From Phoronis australis (taxonomy: Eukaryota > Animalia > Phoronida): 64,000 nucleotides of DNA. The stretch is taken from positions 1,145,903-1,209,902 of the forward strand of contig NMRA01000024.1 of the NCBI GenBank assembly GCA_002633005.1. The letters are read 5' to 3'. Made by a program: the position numbers and the translations under genes. Every line of letters starts with the position of its first letter. The stretch's first letter is position 1. The notes beneath the pieces were generated by a model. It was not told the origin of the DNA. It did no database searches and saw only the letters and a list, made by a program, of their open reading frames with translations. Positions 51,701 to 63,872 of the stretch are shown in pieces.

Positions 51701-54700
51701 GAGAGAGAGATAAATGCGAAGGCGAGAATTGAAAAACATTAATCACAAAAAAAAACGTTTAGGACATGCACCTGTACAAGAGACACCATGCGTGTGACTT
51801 TTGTTGAAGCTTGTGCATGCACCCACATGCAAAACACTTGTCTAATGACCAAAAATATTTTTTCAAACACGGATAATTTCCAATAGACACGCAAGCACCT
51901 AAGCGTACACAGATATGGCAAAGACAACTGAAAATAGCATGGAAGGAACCCAAAGTTCAAAAGACAAGTGGCACCAAATTAGAAGGGAACAATGTGCGCA
52001 CCATTTTGACAGAACTTGCATGAGTATTCAGAGCATATCAAGTGGGAAGACTCCAGATCCAAGAAATCTCAAGTTATTGATTGGACACGACTGTAAATAT
52101 TAGATCAACTCACATTTTTTCTAGGACGGCATACACGGGCAGCTGTTGACACCGTTCATCTTTGAATAGAGTGGCCAGCATTCGGGACCTCTGTTGGCCT
52201 GAAAGTGCAACGTGGCATAATTAGAATCAGCAGTGGCCAGCATTCAGGACCTCTGTTGGCCTGAAAGTGCAACATAGCATAATTAGAAACAGCAGTGGCC
52301 AGCATTCGGGACCTCTGTTGGCCTGAAAGTGCAAGTGCAACATAGCATAATTAGAAACAGCAGTGGCCAGCATTCGAGACCTCTGTTGGCCTGAAAGTGC
52401 AACGTGGCATAATTAGAAACAGCAGCGGCGGTGGTGGCTGCTAGATTAAAACTGTACTTTGCAGTTCACAGCACTTCACAACATTAACTGTGTCTGTTTA
52501 TTCAAGTGTTATCTTGTGACCATAATCATTATCATTAACTCATCATTTAATGAAACAAAATCTGAAAACAGTTAAAACAGAGCTAAAACAGACAAAACCA
52601 GGAGAAAGCAAACAGTTATTACCTGCTGATGCTAAAATTGTACAGATGAGAGCACTCTTCAATGCCTGCATTCGTTCGTCTTCAGCGACGATGGTTTTGT
52701 ACGACAGCTCGTTGTATCGTTGGGCAGCTTCAATAAACTTCCTGCGGAAATCTAAGACTCGGGCGTAACATACCTGAAACAACAGTGCACAAATCTCTTG
52801 TATGGAACTCGACAGTAGCTTCAAAAAGCCTTTAATCAATGCAATGTTCGCACTGGAGTTAGAATTCTAAAGCAGGGCACCGAGCCACATTCCCTCACAA
52901 GCCACACCAGCTTCATTACTAACAGCTTTTGTAAGTGTACCTGGTCAAATTGCACAGGTACAGGATGTCCCAAAAATGTACTCACACTTCAAATGATGAT
53001 AACCGTTTTGTCTATTCACTTAGGAAACAGATTATTGGATTAAAATTATAAAAAAGGTAATCAAAAAGAAAAGTTTTACAAAACGCAGTGTTTTTAATTG
53101 TCTTAGAATTTACTTGACGGTCTTGAGTTTCCAGTAGCATTGCGCAATTTTCGTTGTCCAAAACTGAGCAGTTTACTTGCCAGACCAAAGAATACATGAA
53201 TACGTGATGGCTCATGTGCCTACTTTCACAGCAATAGTAATCGGACAAAATAACACGGAAAACCCCTTCATGATGGCCGAGTGGGAGCGGAATTCACCAT
53301 CATATCAGCTGGAATGATCCTTCATCATGATAGGCAAACAGTTTCTGATTGCGTTTGGCCTGTAGTGTAATCTGCACTGCGAGTTGATGAAATTACATCA
53401 GGCCAAAAAGTATGACTGTGGCCTCTGTTTTGTTTTTGAAAATTGAGTAAGTGGTGAGGTATTTTTTAGTTGCTCACATTTTTGAAAAAGAAAATCCACC
53501 CAAGATGAACAAAAAATGACGTAGGAGGTTTTTTTACTCATCTCTTGGCAAATCAGACGTTGCTTACACTTTTATTGCTTGCATTTGTACAGTTTAAAAA
53601 AAATCACCAGACCTTGGCAGAAGTTGATGCAGAGGGCATAAAATTTTTAGTCGGTGATACAGACTAGAACCGACTATGCTTTTTTGACCAAACACTAAGA
53701 ACAAAAAGCAGTCTTCCCCAACAACTAGAGTGTTAAGTTTTCAAACCTTGTAGTATATCAGCAGTTCTTCGTTTTTCGAGTCAGCTTGCAGGAGAGAAGC
53801 CCTGTTGATATAAGCCTCGGCATTCACTGGGTCTTCGTCTTCTAAATATAGCCGAGCTATCTTCAGATACGTCTGTAGTTTGTAGTCATTGGTATATTGC
53901 CTGAAAACAATAAACCAAATTACGCTTCTCAGAAAATCAAGCATCTTCCATGCAAAATCTTTTTACCTCGACTAGTCTTTTGCATCTCACTTTGTGTGTG
54001 TTTGCGTGTGTGACACAATCACAGTGTCTTCAATAAAACAAAGTTAGGAAGTTGACATGAAGAAAACATTAACTGCCCTGCTTTCGCAGTGAAGTTGACT
54101 CAATCTTATCAAAAATACCAAGGATATCGTCACTCACTTCTGTCCCGTTTCCATGGGAATACCCACTAAAACATTGGCAGCTTGTCGCCAACTTTGTTGC
54201 CGTTCATAGATATCAGCTAGATGTTGACGTATTTGGGCGATCTGGAAACAGAATTAAGATTCAACACTTGACCCTTTCAAGAAAACTTGGTGAAAAGAAA
54301 CCTCCACGCGGAGGTTTGCCCGCAGCCAGTGTGCACTTAGCGTTGTCAGCTATTCTAATATACTTCAGGAACAGCAAAGATCCACTATCACCAACCCCCA
54401 GCAGGAGTCTGGAAGCGCCGAAACAGTGGCAGAACTATTTCAGTGAGTTTCCAGAAGTGTAGTGATTTATTATTTAAACAGTTAAATACTTCCCCTGGAT
54501 GAGAGATAACATCCATCTTCTGATCAAAACAGAACACACTTAAAACAGATTTGTCGAAACTGAACAAACTTTCATGCTACTAATCAGTCGTAACTATGCA
54601 TACTTCTACGCCCCATTCCACAGTGGGATCAAGAGTTAAGAATCTAAATGAAGATCTAGGTGTACAATGCCATGCCTTCAGTTTTTTAATTTCAAACACA

Positions 54701-57700
54701 GAGGGCACACCGGTGAGACAAGAACACTTAATACTTAAATGAAAGAACATTATTAATGTTTGCTTTTCCTGCTCAAAAGAGAATCAAACTCACTCACTTA
54801 AAAATACAGTTTGCAAGTTGCAAGTACATATAAGTTGAAGAATGATTTCGCCCTGTTAAGCTGTCATTTTAAACATGATTCAACTTCTCAACCAAAAAGT
54901 TTCAGTGTTTAAGAACTTAACCTCGAATTGGTGGCTAAAGAGTCACTAAGAAAATTCCTAAACATAGCTCTCGAGCCACGACAACAGAATACATGTCAAG
55001 GGATTTTCTGTCCTTGACTTCTGTGCCATCTTCCTAAAATACAAACTTTATCTTGCCATGAAAGTAAAATGTCACAACACCGAAGCTAGGTCAACTGAGG
55101 TCAGCAGTCTTACGTACTCATGGAAATAGTCATTCTTAAGTCATTTGACTAATGTATTTAAGAACGAAATTCCCCGAGTGCTATTTTCGAATTTCAGGGC
55201 TATCCAACCCCAACAAAATTGATAACTTTTTCGACATGTCTTCCGCCTGTTGAGGCTTTATATGTTCTTAGTAACAGAAAACAAGTCCTATCATTAAAAG
55301 GAAAATTTTTAGATCAATTTTAAAAGAGTAAAGGACCATTGATTTTCGTTTTTTAGCCAACTAAACAGGGTGAACTGCACCTTTAACACTTACAAAGTAC
55401 AGCTAGTGAACAACAACATATATTAACACACAGTGATTTATGAGTTACGAAGCAAATTGAGTCAAAACACTAATCCAAGCTGAAGCTTTTTACAAGTGAC
55501 AATAAATCCTGCAGGTAAGATTAGTCACCTAAGATGCTAACCTGTTCTTCAAAAGATATCACTCGGGGCTGTATTTTCTCTAGGCCAAAGTGTGACACTT
55601 CCTTGGCAATGTCGTCGGGGAGGGAGGCAAGAGCGCAGGCATACTCCGTCAACATCTGACGGGAGATGACGAGGCTGACGTTTTCATTCACCACTGAAAA
55701 GGACGATGTTAGTGAATCTTAATGAACTTTTATTTGGTTACTTTTGAAACTTGTTTCTAAAAGGACCAATTTTAAGGGGCATTATTGGGTTTATGGCCAA
55801 AAAAACTTTGGAGATTATTATTAAAAAGGATTGACTAAATGAACTTATCAAAGATATGAAACAAAAAGTTAGCCATGCTTTTGAAAGTGTATAACAAACT
55901 GGTAATTCTCGCTGTAGTCTATAAGACATTCACTAAAAACAAGGCCAGTTGAGAAATTCTCTTAAAATACCCTGCCATTTATCAGCTGGGATTTAGCTAA
56001 TTCTTTCATAAAAGATATACAGCATGAAATTGCCTAAAGATTTGCTATTTCCGAGTCAGAAAAACATTTTGAAAAATTGTGGTCATTTACAACAATGTTA
56101 CAAGACCTTAAAAAAATAAAACGGGTAATCTTGGTAATTATTTTTGTTCGAAATTAGTGAGATTTCACCATACTTCTGTTACTACAAAATTTAATAGATT
56201 GTTACACGGCCAAGTCGATATCCCACGTTAACTAGAGCCCGAGTGGATTTTGGAAAAGTATCGCCCGAGGGGCGTTAGCCCCGAGGCTGATAATTCTACA
56301 AAATCCACGAGGGGGGATAACGACTGAGAGCATGTAATAATCTATTCATACCACACACTGAACGAGAAACATTGCAGTGAATCGATCTACCTTTCTCGAC
56401 TCGCCTCGGCTTTGTAACTACGTTCTATGTCAGAGGCCTGGGGTCAGAGGTCGTGACCTTTTAAGAAAAGCTGAGATATTTTTGTCAAAATAGAAATAAA
56501 GTGAATCTATAAATTAAGGTTCAGCAACTATTACAGCTTACTACACATTTTATCACGCTAAGCTTTGACCGGGAAAATATCATCTGCTAAAGTAGGTGAC
56601 CACTAGTAACAGAGTATAATGCTCAAGTCAAAGGATCCCGACACGATACCCGCATTCAAATTGGAGATCGGTGATTTACAAGTGAGAGAACATTAGGAAA
56701 AAAAATTTCACTGAATTAAACTATCGTTTTTATGGAAATTATGTGTCTTATTTTTCATAGCACATAAATGTCGGTAAAATGCCCTTTGCTGAGCATACAA
56801 TTGTTGCGCGTGCTCATTTAAGTATTCTATTTCACGTTCGATGACGTCAGCCGCTGAGTGGAGTAGTGGTAAAGTTGGCGACTCGAAACCCTTGAGGCCC
56901 GGGTTTGAAACCGTCCTCGGTTTCCCGCCAAAATGTTATCTCACTAGTGAGATACAGGGCTTCATCTAGGATTTCCAACATAGGGTGTCCAAAATGGGGT
57001 TCCCAATATTCCAGGGCGTCCATGATTCCAACGCGGCATTACCCCCCCTCCCCACCCCATTCACCAGTAANNNNNNNNNNNNNNNNNNNNNNNNNNNNNN
57101 NNNNNNNNNNNNNNNNNNNNNNNNNNNNNNNNNNNNNNNNNNNNNNNNNNNNNNNNNNNNNNNNNNNNNNNNNNNNNNNNNNNNNNNNNNNNNNNNNNNN
57201 NNNNNNNNNNNNNNNNACTTCCTGCTTTGATTAACTGGGAGTCTTAGTAATCTTTCAATGTGGGTGTCCAAACTGGAGAAATTCTGATTGACAGGGCGTC
57301 CAAATGATACATTGGGCGTCCTTGCCAGGGCGTCTACATTAGTGCTAGGGCGTCCAAATGGACGCCCAGGACGTACGCTGCATGAAGGCCTGGTGAGATA
57401 ACTAAATGAGTTATTACACGGTTGTATTTGCCATTCGACGCTAATATTGTGGTATAAAAGTCATTATTTCCAGTCTCAGTTTAAATGAACCACTAAAACT
57501 TATTGAACAACGTTCTTGATGGAGGTCCACTACAGATTAATTCCTTTGCAAACCACTGTTTCAATACAATTTCACTCAGTTGTAATTATCAGAATTCAAA
57601 AGGGGTAATGGCTCTGCTACAAAATATACCTTTACAACAACAAAGCTGCTATTATTGAGGAGGCAGTGTGGCACAGTGTGATAGGTACCCGCATTCTTTA

Positions 57701-60700
57701 CTCGAGGTCTTGGGTTCATGTCCCACTGAGCCACACTGCTAGACTCTTGAGTCAGGTTTCTAGCTCCTCAACTCAATGGGCCCATATGCGTGGCCTGCGC
57801 ACGTGTGGTGCAACTTGTACCAGACCGCCTGTAATTATTTTTTTAAATCTGCTATAAGAGCATTTTAGGTGTAAGAAACAGACTTTTGATTTGTACTGCA
57901 CTACCAAGACTGGTCTCAGTTTGTTCCTTGCTCAAATGAGAAGTGCTTTCTGGGCTGGGAAAAATGGAAATTCCTTGTTGCTCGAGACCAATGATTCACT
58001 ATGATGAGCCAACTTGTAGAGCCTGGGCTCAAGCAAATAACTCATAGTCATATTCCAAGACCAAATCTCACCTCCAATTTGAGCAAAGCGCAAGTTGGTG
58101 CCAATTTCAGAACGGTAGTGGTCTAAATCACAAGTTTGTTTTTTGACAGCAGGTTTAGAAGCTTGTGACAAAACTTCTCTACAATGGACAGCCACTAAAA
58201 TTTGGAACACTGAAAATTGATCAGAATTTTCTGGATTTTAAAGTATGGTACATGGGAGGTTTTGGCATTCATTACTACGCTTTGTATCAGCAGAGTCTGT
58301 GGTTCAAGGAATCATGAAAAATATCTGCAGTGTTTTCATGCACTGCATCGCGTTCAACATAAACAAAATTATCGCTTGTTGTTGGTCGTAATTCTTGATC
58401 ATGGGACGGCCAGTACTATCTATTTCTAAAATTCAGAACAAGCTCTAACCCAGAGCAAAATAATTTATTTTTCAATGTCCTAAATAGGAGAATTTTTACC
58501 GTAATAAGAATTTGTTTGGAATGACTTACTTGCTTCCACAAATGCCTGCAAAGCATTTTTGAGTTCTGCACCCTTCAACTTCAAAGCAGATTCCAAGATT
58601 CCTTTGTACCTGCAAGTTATGTCATAAAATACACAACAAATACCAGTAACTGGGAAATCCCATCCCACAACAAAACCAAAACGAAATTAGAAATTTGCGA
58701 AATGAAGTCAATCTATTCAAAGAGAGAACATTAGGCTTGCACTGAAAAAAATGCAAGTCGCCAAGAAGTTGTCAAATTGACTGAACACGTGCTCAAAATA
58801 CTACAGAAAGTAAACAAACGCTTGTGGGAATTGTTTGACAAAAAATGGAGGAGCCTTTTCATGAAGTATGCTACTCCCTTCGATAGGAGGTGAGCCTGGG
58901 CGGGATATCGGGTCTTAAGGAGAGAGAAAATGGTCATAACCGAGCAGATGTTATACTCCAAATTAATTTATGTTCTACTGAAAAAATATGCCACCTGGGC
59001 GTTTTTAGGTAGATGTTTACCCAGATACCATAGTTTTTCGATTCAGATGTCCCACTCATTCATTTTCGATTGCTGCCAACTATGAGGAGGAAACGACTAT
59101 CACACCCCCAAAAGGGGTTTCCTTGTCATGCCACTTTGCATTTGACGAGATGACGTTATGATAAGCGTCGAGCCCTGCATCAGTTGAACAGCTAGTAGGT
59201 ACACAGGAGGGTCACCAACTCTGCCGCAACAGTAGGGTTGGAGGACCAACTATGACTGAGTCTGAGTGAATTGACCGTGAGTAGCTAGCCTTGGTGAAAA
59301 GCTGTACAAAAAATACAGCTTTGGGTAAAAAGTGAGCCAAATAAAGTCTTGAACAGTTTCTGTCATTAAAAACCGCACTCTTTCTTGAGTAAGCCATATG
59401 ATCGCTGGCAAGAAAAGAATGTCGTTAGATCATTATTTTGCAGCTGAGTTTGTGGAGCAATCATCTTCTGTCAACTTAGAGCCCCATGAAACTGAGTGTC
59501 ACCTGTTGGCCAACCTCTATTTTCGCCCATTCTTCAAACCACTGTTTTCAGTTTTTTCACAAAATTGTAATCAGTTCATAAAAAATACCAGAATCGGTTT
59601 CAGTTAGTAAATTTTGGTTTGGTGTTGTCGGTACCAACAAGTTTCTAGTAGGGTTTATTCAACTGTCCAAATAACGTTCTGTACATGCTCTCTGTCATAA
59701 TGGAAATGACTACAGTCGGACATAACATTACCACATTTTGAGAACCAGTTTGATGCCTGTTATTCAGTGAAGAAAACTGGTTCTCATAATGGGAGCACAT
59801 TATGACCAACTACTACCACCGAAATTTCCACCAATCATGTTAGTGTGATGTTCTTGCTGACAAGATTAACGTACCAGCCTGGCTTCCTTTTTAGATACAT
59901 TCTCAGCTGTATGTGTGGCACCAATGAAGCCAAGGTCGTCACTGGAAGTATTGTTGCCAACTCAAACTTCATTGGCTGGTTTTGTACGACATGCTTAAGT
60001 GAAGTGGCCAATTCTCCGGCATTTTCCACATTTGAAACTTTTTGCAGGGCAGTGTTCCTTATCAAAAAGATGTCATTGACCACAAAAGCTGCATTGTTTT
60101 GGTGAAGTGGTGTACTGTTGAACATAGTTATCGAGGTTGTTCTTGTCGTCTTCGCTTTTGGTGAGCTTGTTTTCGTTCAGGTTGTTGTGGCATTTTGACC
60201 CTGCCAATTGTTAATATTTTATAATGACCCAGTTCTTTTGCTAATTGCTTCACTTAGCAACAACATGTTTATGGCTTTTTCTAACGTGCGTGTCTCCAAC
60301 CTCATAAAATTTTAGTTTGTGATCGTAACCACAGTAGGAAGTCATTTTATCGTGTATGGCTTCTTGCACAAACCTTGTTTTAAATTTATGCTCTGTGGCC
60401 TCACTTTTTACACTTGTGACCCATTTAGTCAAACGACTCACACTTCATGCGCCAAAATTGTTTGCGTAACATAAGTTGTGGACCACACATAACTACCAAA
60501 ATGTTTGTCAGATTTACTAATGACAATTTCGTAATTGTCATGATCTGACTCAGAGCCAAATTCAAAGCTATAGTAGTCATCAAGTGCATCCACATCAACG
60601 TGGTTGAGAGGCACCCCCACGTGCATTTTGCCGGAGTTTCTTGAACACCCTGTATCTTTGAGGCATATATCGAAGGATTGCTTCCACTTCGCCCATGCAT

Positions 60701-62505
60701 GGGAAGTTTAGTGGGTGTGTGAACACCTGGGATATTTGTAACCATTTCTAAATAATTCCGAAATGAATTTCATTTTTCAAATGGTCCTTTGTCCTGTCAA
60801 CGAAATTCAGGAGGAAGCAGTCTCTGCTTAGCAGTGGAGATGGTGATGTTCCCATAGGAGTCCTGTGGCATAGGACCTTCACATGCAGGAAACGTTTCGG
60901 TGAATTATGCCTCACAATGACTAAACCAACAAAGTTACGTTAATATAACTACCTTAGGCGCATAGAGGGATACCTTAGGATGAAGTCTTTAATTCCTTAC
61001 AATTCAAAGAAATACTCTCGCAATCAAACTTCTTGTTTTTCAAGCTTTCCTTCGTTTACATGGATTGCCCAAATCGGCAACAGGCCATTTTTACACTGCT
61101 TGAGTGCGTGCATGCGCAAGGGGATATGGCATCATCATATCCCCAGGCATGGTCAGTGTAAAAATGATCATTTGCCGAGTTGGGCAACTGAACGGAAGAC
61201 TGCTTGAAAAAGGTTTGATAACCGGACTCTTTGTTCAAGTTGGAAGGAATTAAAGAAATCGATGGCCTCCTAGGGTGTCCCCCTTTGACTATGCGCAAAA
61301 GGTACTTATATAGCAACGTGACTTTGATGGTTTAATCAGTGTGAGGCATAATTTGTTAAAAAGATTCCGGTGTATGAAGGTCCTGTGGAAGTATCACCGT
61401 GTCTACTGATAAGTTAGCAGACTACTGACTAGTCTAGACTAGTAGAGATGGTGGCACTGTCCTTAACATTGACATAGCCAGCCAGCTAGCTGTATGAAGA
61501 CTGTTCCCAAAATACAGCTAGGTACCACCGTGTGTACTTCTTCCGTAGACCCAAAAATTGCACACAGCCAGGGTAGTTCTGCTCATCACCTCGCCGTGAA
61601 ACTTATATTGATCAACATGTAACGCTAAAGACTGGACGGAGTGCATGCAAAATTTGGGAATCAACCGACACTCGCCTTGCCGGTTACAGCCGTTTAAGCG
61701 AAAAACAGTGTAATAAACGTCATTTTCTTGCGCAACTCTCCGCCTTTTCTAACAATGAAAAGTATGTCGTCGTTTTGAAAACAAGTACGCTCGTGTCACA
61801 TGCACGCGCTATTTCTTAAATTTTTGGGACATCTCTCGGGAGATGATGTTAGCTTGGCAGCAGCAAAATTTCCTCTGAAATTCAGTTTTTCGGGTATCAA
61901 AATTCTAAAAACTTATGTTGTTCATTTCAAAGTGAAACCAGTTCCGATAATTTGTTGACGTGTACGCAACTTAGTGAAAGAACAGTTGATTGAAGAATCG
62001 GCGAAAAAAGAAACTGGCCCCTAGGTGACGCAATATTTCATGGCACCGAAAGCCATCGCTAAAGATCGCTGACGCTCCACAACTTTAGCAACAACGGTAG
62101 AACGCAATTTTTTCCAACACCGTTAAATAATTTATATTACTCAAGGAAGACTGTAGTTTTTAACGACAATAATTTTATGTCAGATATTATCTTACCACTT
62201 TTTTGCCCACATCGGTGCACAGCTGTATATTTACTAGTATACAGCTTTGTACCAAGGCTAACATTGATTGTCATTGGCATTGCTGAATCAGTGAGTCACT
62301 GAGTCAGTGAGTGTGTGAGTAGCTGGTGAGACGAATTGATGATTGCACCTTCTAGAACATTAAAACTGCTGCCTTCACTTAGACTGTGATTCAATACTTC
62401 ACAGGCGTTGAAGTGTTTGAAAATTACTTACTTAGAATTTTGATCTTTATGAGAACCGCCAGAAGAAGCCAAAGCCGTAAGCTGTTGCCTTATGGAGGCC
62501 GCCAT
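48764..62505 (-). CDS. COPS4: COP9 signalosome subunit 4, 406 aa. Exons: 62505-62432, 58609-58530, 55693-55542, 54241-54138, 53900-53747, 52773-52623, 52198-52114, 50387-50186, 49830-49746, 48897-48764
   Basis: Reads [69 protein letters not shown], and the PCI domain [25 protein letters not shown]. 1221 nt in frame with GT-AG introns. Confidence 0.97.
52170..52425. repeat. 62/62/68-bp tandem repeat (4 copies) spanning the COPS4 intron 6 / exon 7 junction
   Basis: AGTGGCCAGCATTC.(G/A)GACCTCTGTTGGCCTGAAAGTGCAAC.T.GCATAATTAGAA.CAGC x4. Confidence 0.97.
56853..56921 (+). pseudogene. tRNA-derived remnant (SINE head or tRNA pseudogene)
   Basis: A box TGGAGTAGTGG and B box GGTTTGAAACC are present, with a partial acceptor stem (GCTGAG/CTCGGT). 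The anticodon stem does not pair. Confidence 0.5.
56955..57392. mobile_element. hAT non-autonomous element (contains an assembly gap)
   Basis: TIR CAGGGCTTCAT ... ATGAAGGCCTG (10/11). Perfect 8-bp TSD GTGAGATA at 56947-56954 and 57393-57400. Multiple GGG(C/T)GTCC subterminal motifs. Confidence 0.88.
57657..57885 (+). mobile_element. tRNA-derived SINE
   Basis: GAGGCAGTGTGGCACAGTG (A-box-like), then GAGGTCTTGGGTTCATGTCCCAC (B-box-like), followed by a body sequence. Confidence 0.55.
60869..61387. mobile_element. MITE with ~100-bp imperfect TIRs; related fragment at about 3262-3340
   Basis: CATAGGACCTTCA...AATTATGCCTCACA..GA.TAAACCA.CAAAGT.ACGTT is mirrored at 61290-61387. Confidence 0.75.
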
Positions 62506-63147
62506 ACTTGAACGGCAAAATGTACCGTTGACCATTTCTTACATGTGCCTTAGTTTCCCTTAATAGGAAAAAATTGTTGCAGTTTTAACATTTTAAAAGA
62601 AAAATAAATTTTTTTAACTTTTAATTTTTATATTTCTTTGTGAATTTTTTAATTTTTGTACTAATAATTAGTAATAAATGAAAACATGTGTTTGGATGGT
62701 TAAAACTGTCAACAACAATCAGCCAATAAGAACTTTGATATGCAGCAGCTGCTTTAGAAGTGCTTCGCGGAATCTCGTCGAATTCAACTATTATGGGATG
62801 TTCACAATGGTGGGCGCGTGATTTTAAATAAACTCACAATGCCCGCTCAAAAAGCAGGTAAATTTTAATATTTGCTTTGGTCTGAACTTTTTAAGGATGT
62901 GATATAAGTTGGATCAATCCTTGATGAATCCAACAAAATACAAAACATGTTCATATATTTCATACTTGTTTTGAAAACTACCCTGTTTTCCAAGCCAATC
63001 TTGTTCAAAATCACGAATATCGACCGAAAAAGTCAAAAATCGGTGCAAATTTAATCCACTTTACAAATTTATCAGATTCATGGTTTTCTAGGTTCAAATT
63101 ATGATTATACATTGCATCCTGTCCCATTAATGTAGTTGCATCTGCGT

Positions 63148-63872
63148 TGTTTCTACCTTGTTGCAACGAAGGACTTTGATCGACAACATCGTTTTAAATT
63201 TCCCTGTATTTTTGCTTGCAAATGGCGGGGCTTTTGACTTCATGCTCGCAAGCTGGGATGAGTCAGTTTTTTGTCTGCTGCTCTTGCTTGCATTCGCATT
63301 TATCTTGAATTCATCAAAATTCCTGTTTGTTTACAGTTTTTTGGCTGTGTTAACATGAATGCTTGTGAAATTGCATTGTGCTGCTATGTAACTGGGATTG
63401 ACTTGCCTGAGAAAAAAGGATCAATCACTGGGTGGGGAATTGCTTGGGCTGTGAGCTGAAAACTTCAAACCATTGCAGTAATTCAAGTTAGCTGTGCAAA
63501 TCTTCCTGTTTCTACCTTGTTGCAACGAAGGACTATGATCGACAACATCGTTTTAAATTTCCCTGTATTTTTGCTTGCAAATGGCGGGGCTTTTGACTTC
63601 ATGCTCGTAGGCTGGGATGAGTCAATTTTTTGTCTGCTGCTCTTGCTTGCATTCGCATTTATCTTGAAATTCATCAAAATTCCTGTTTGTTTACAGTTTT
63701 TTGGCTGTGTTAACATGAATGCTTGTGAAATTGCATTGTGCTGCTATGTAACTGGGATTGACTTGCCTGAGAAAAAAGGAGATCAATCACTGGGTGGGGA
63801 ATTGCTTGGGCTGTGAGCTGAAAACTTCAAACCATTGCAGTAATTCGAGTTAGCTGTGCAAATCTTCCTGTT
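63148..63872. repeat. About 360-bp tandem duplication upstream of COPS4
   Basis: 63148-63506 versus 63507-63868; about 7 differences by eye; TGTT at all three boundaries. Confidence 0.97.

Noticed and set aside
56853-56930. Functional tRNA-Ser(CGA)
   Set aside because: The anticodon and T stems do not pair and there is no long variable arm; kept only as a remnant.
4662-62505. U12-type or non-canonical introns
   Set aside because: All 30 inferred coding-region introns are GT-AG, and none has the RTATCCTT donor.
63158-63816. Hydrophobic membrane-like ORFs
   Set aside because: They start at TTG, the frames differ between the two duplicate copies because of indels, and there is no splice support.
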